Below, piece after piece: positions 43,568-44,046 of a stretch of 44,046 bases of DNA. This DNA is from a virus. Taxonomy: Duplodnaviria; Caudoviricetes. The notes under the pieces were generated by a model, which saw only the letters and a program-made list of their open reading frames with translations, had not been told where the DNA came from and made no database searches. Within the stretch, counting starts at the first letter, position 1. Each line of letters opens with the position of its first letter. Location: IMG/VR virus record IMGVR_UViG_3300037483_000599, positions 1 through 44,046 of that record. One strand, given 5' to 3'. The position numbers and the translations under genes are program-made.

Positions 43568-44046
43568 GCACCCAGGAAACCAGCGACATCGTCCGGCTTC
43601 AGACCAACATCCCTGTGGTGGGCCAGGTCCAGTACGTGGACATGGTCGGCACCTCGTACGGGGACAAGGTGCGCCTCAAGGGTACCTGGGAGGGGTTCGG
43701 GCCCGGCAAGGTGTTCCTGAACCCGGACCTGGTCAACGACCTCCTGGCCCAGGGCCTGGCCGAGGACACCGGCCAGGTGGACCGCAACAACCGGTCCCAG
43801 TACCGGTGGGTGGACCAGGGGGTGTGGGTCGAGGTGTGCAAGCACGAGGACGGGAACCGGAAATACACGACCATCCAGGTCTGCGAACCCCAGGAACCGC
43901 CCCGGGCGCAGCCCCGCCCGGCCGCCCCGCGGCCGGCCCCGTCGCCCCGTCCCGCACCGCCGGCCCGGCCGGCGCAGACCCCGCAGCCCCCCGCCCCGAC
44001 TCCGAACGGCAACGGGCCACGGCCGGGCCCGCTGCCCGTGACGTTC
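43564..44046 (+). CDS. N-terminal part of a putative ssDNA-binding protein (runs off the window end)
   Basis: SD AAGGAGG; beta-rich MSTQETSDIVRLQTN... then a Pro-rich linker; no stop codon. Confidence 0.65.
   Translation, partial: MSTQETSDIVRLQTNIPVVGQVQYVDMVGTSYGDKVRLKGTWEGFGPGKVFLNPDLVNDLLAQGLAEDTGQVDRNNRSQYRWVDQGVWVEVCKHEDGNRKYTTIQVCEPQEPPRAQPRPAAPRPAPSPRPAPPARPAQTPQPPAPTPNGNGPRPGPLPVTF

Overview
The window looks like a nearly complete, circularly permuted genome (~44 kb, GC-rich) of a temperate siphovirus in its excised form. The Ig-like lipoprotein style suggests a Gemmatimonadota-like host (inference). Almost all genes are on the + strand. In order: early/recombination genes (SSB-like tail, Gp157, DnaB); a tyrosine integrase; an intact attP (3' half of a tRNA, probably Thr, flanked by arm-type repeats); a DNA-modification/nucleotide cassette (PLP enzyme, amino-MTase, HD hydrolase, dATP/dGTP diphosphohydrolase); a resolvase; terminase and portal; a fibre-like cassette; MuF with an HExxH extension; a wHTH initiator with iterons; the head and non-contractile tail; lysis genes (GH108); small early genes; and an XRE repressor. 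The most striking unexplained structure is a cis-element repeated three times, ahead of the packaging, head/tail and lysis operons: a TTGCGACAG promoter, an AGGCCCGA box, then a GGCCC-stem intrinsic terminator. Each copy lies next to a small Cys-rich ORF, and one of these ORFs has its own RBS and start codon buried in the terminator. This suggests an undescribed zinc-finger/RNA antitermination system. Other highlights are two tRNA-like minihelix elements, a structured dnaB leader and a PLP+MTase pair. All calls come from motif reading; no database searches were run.
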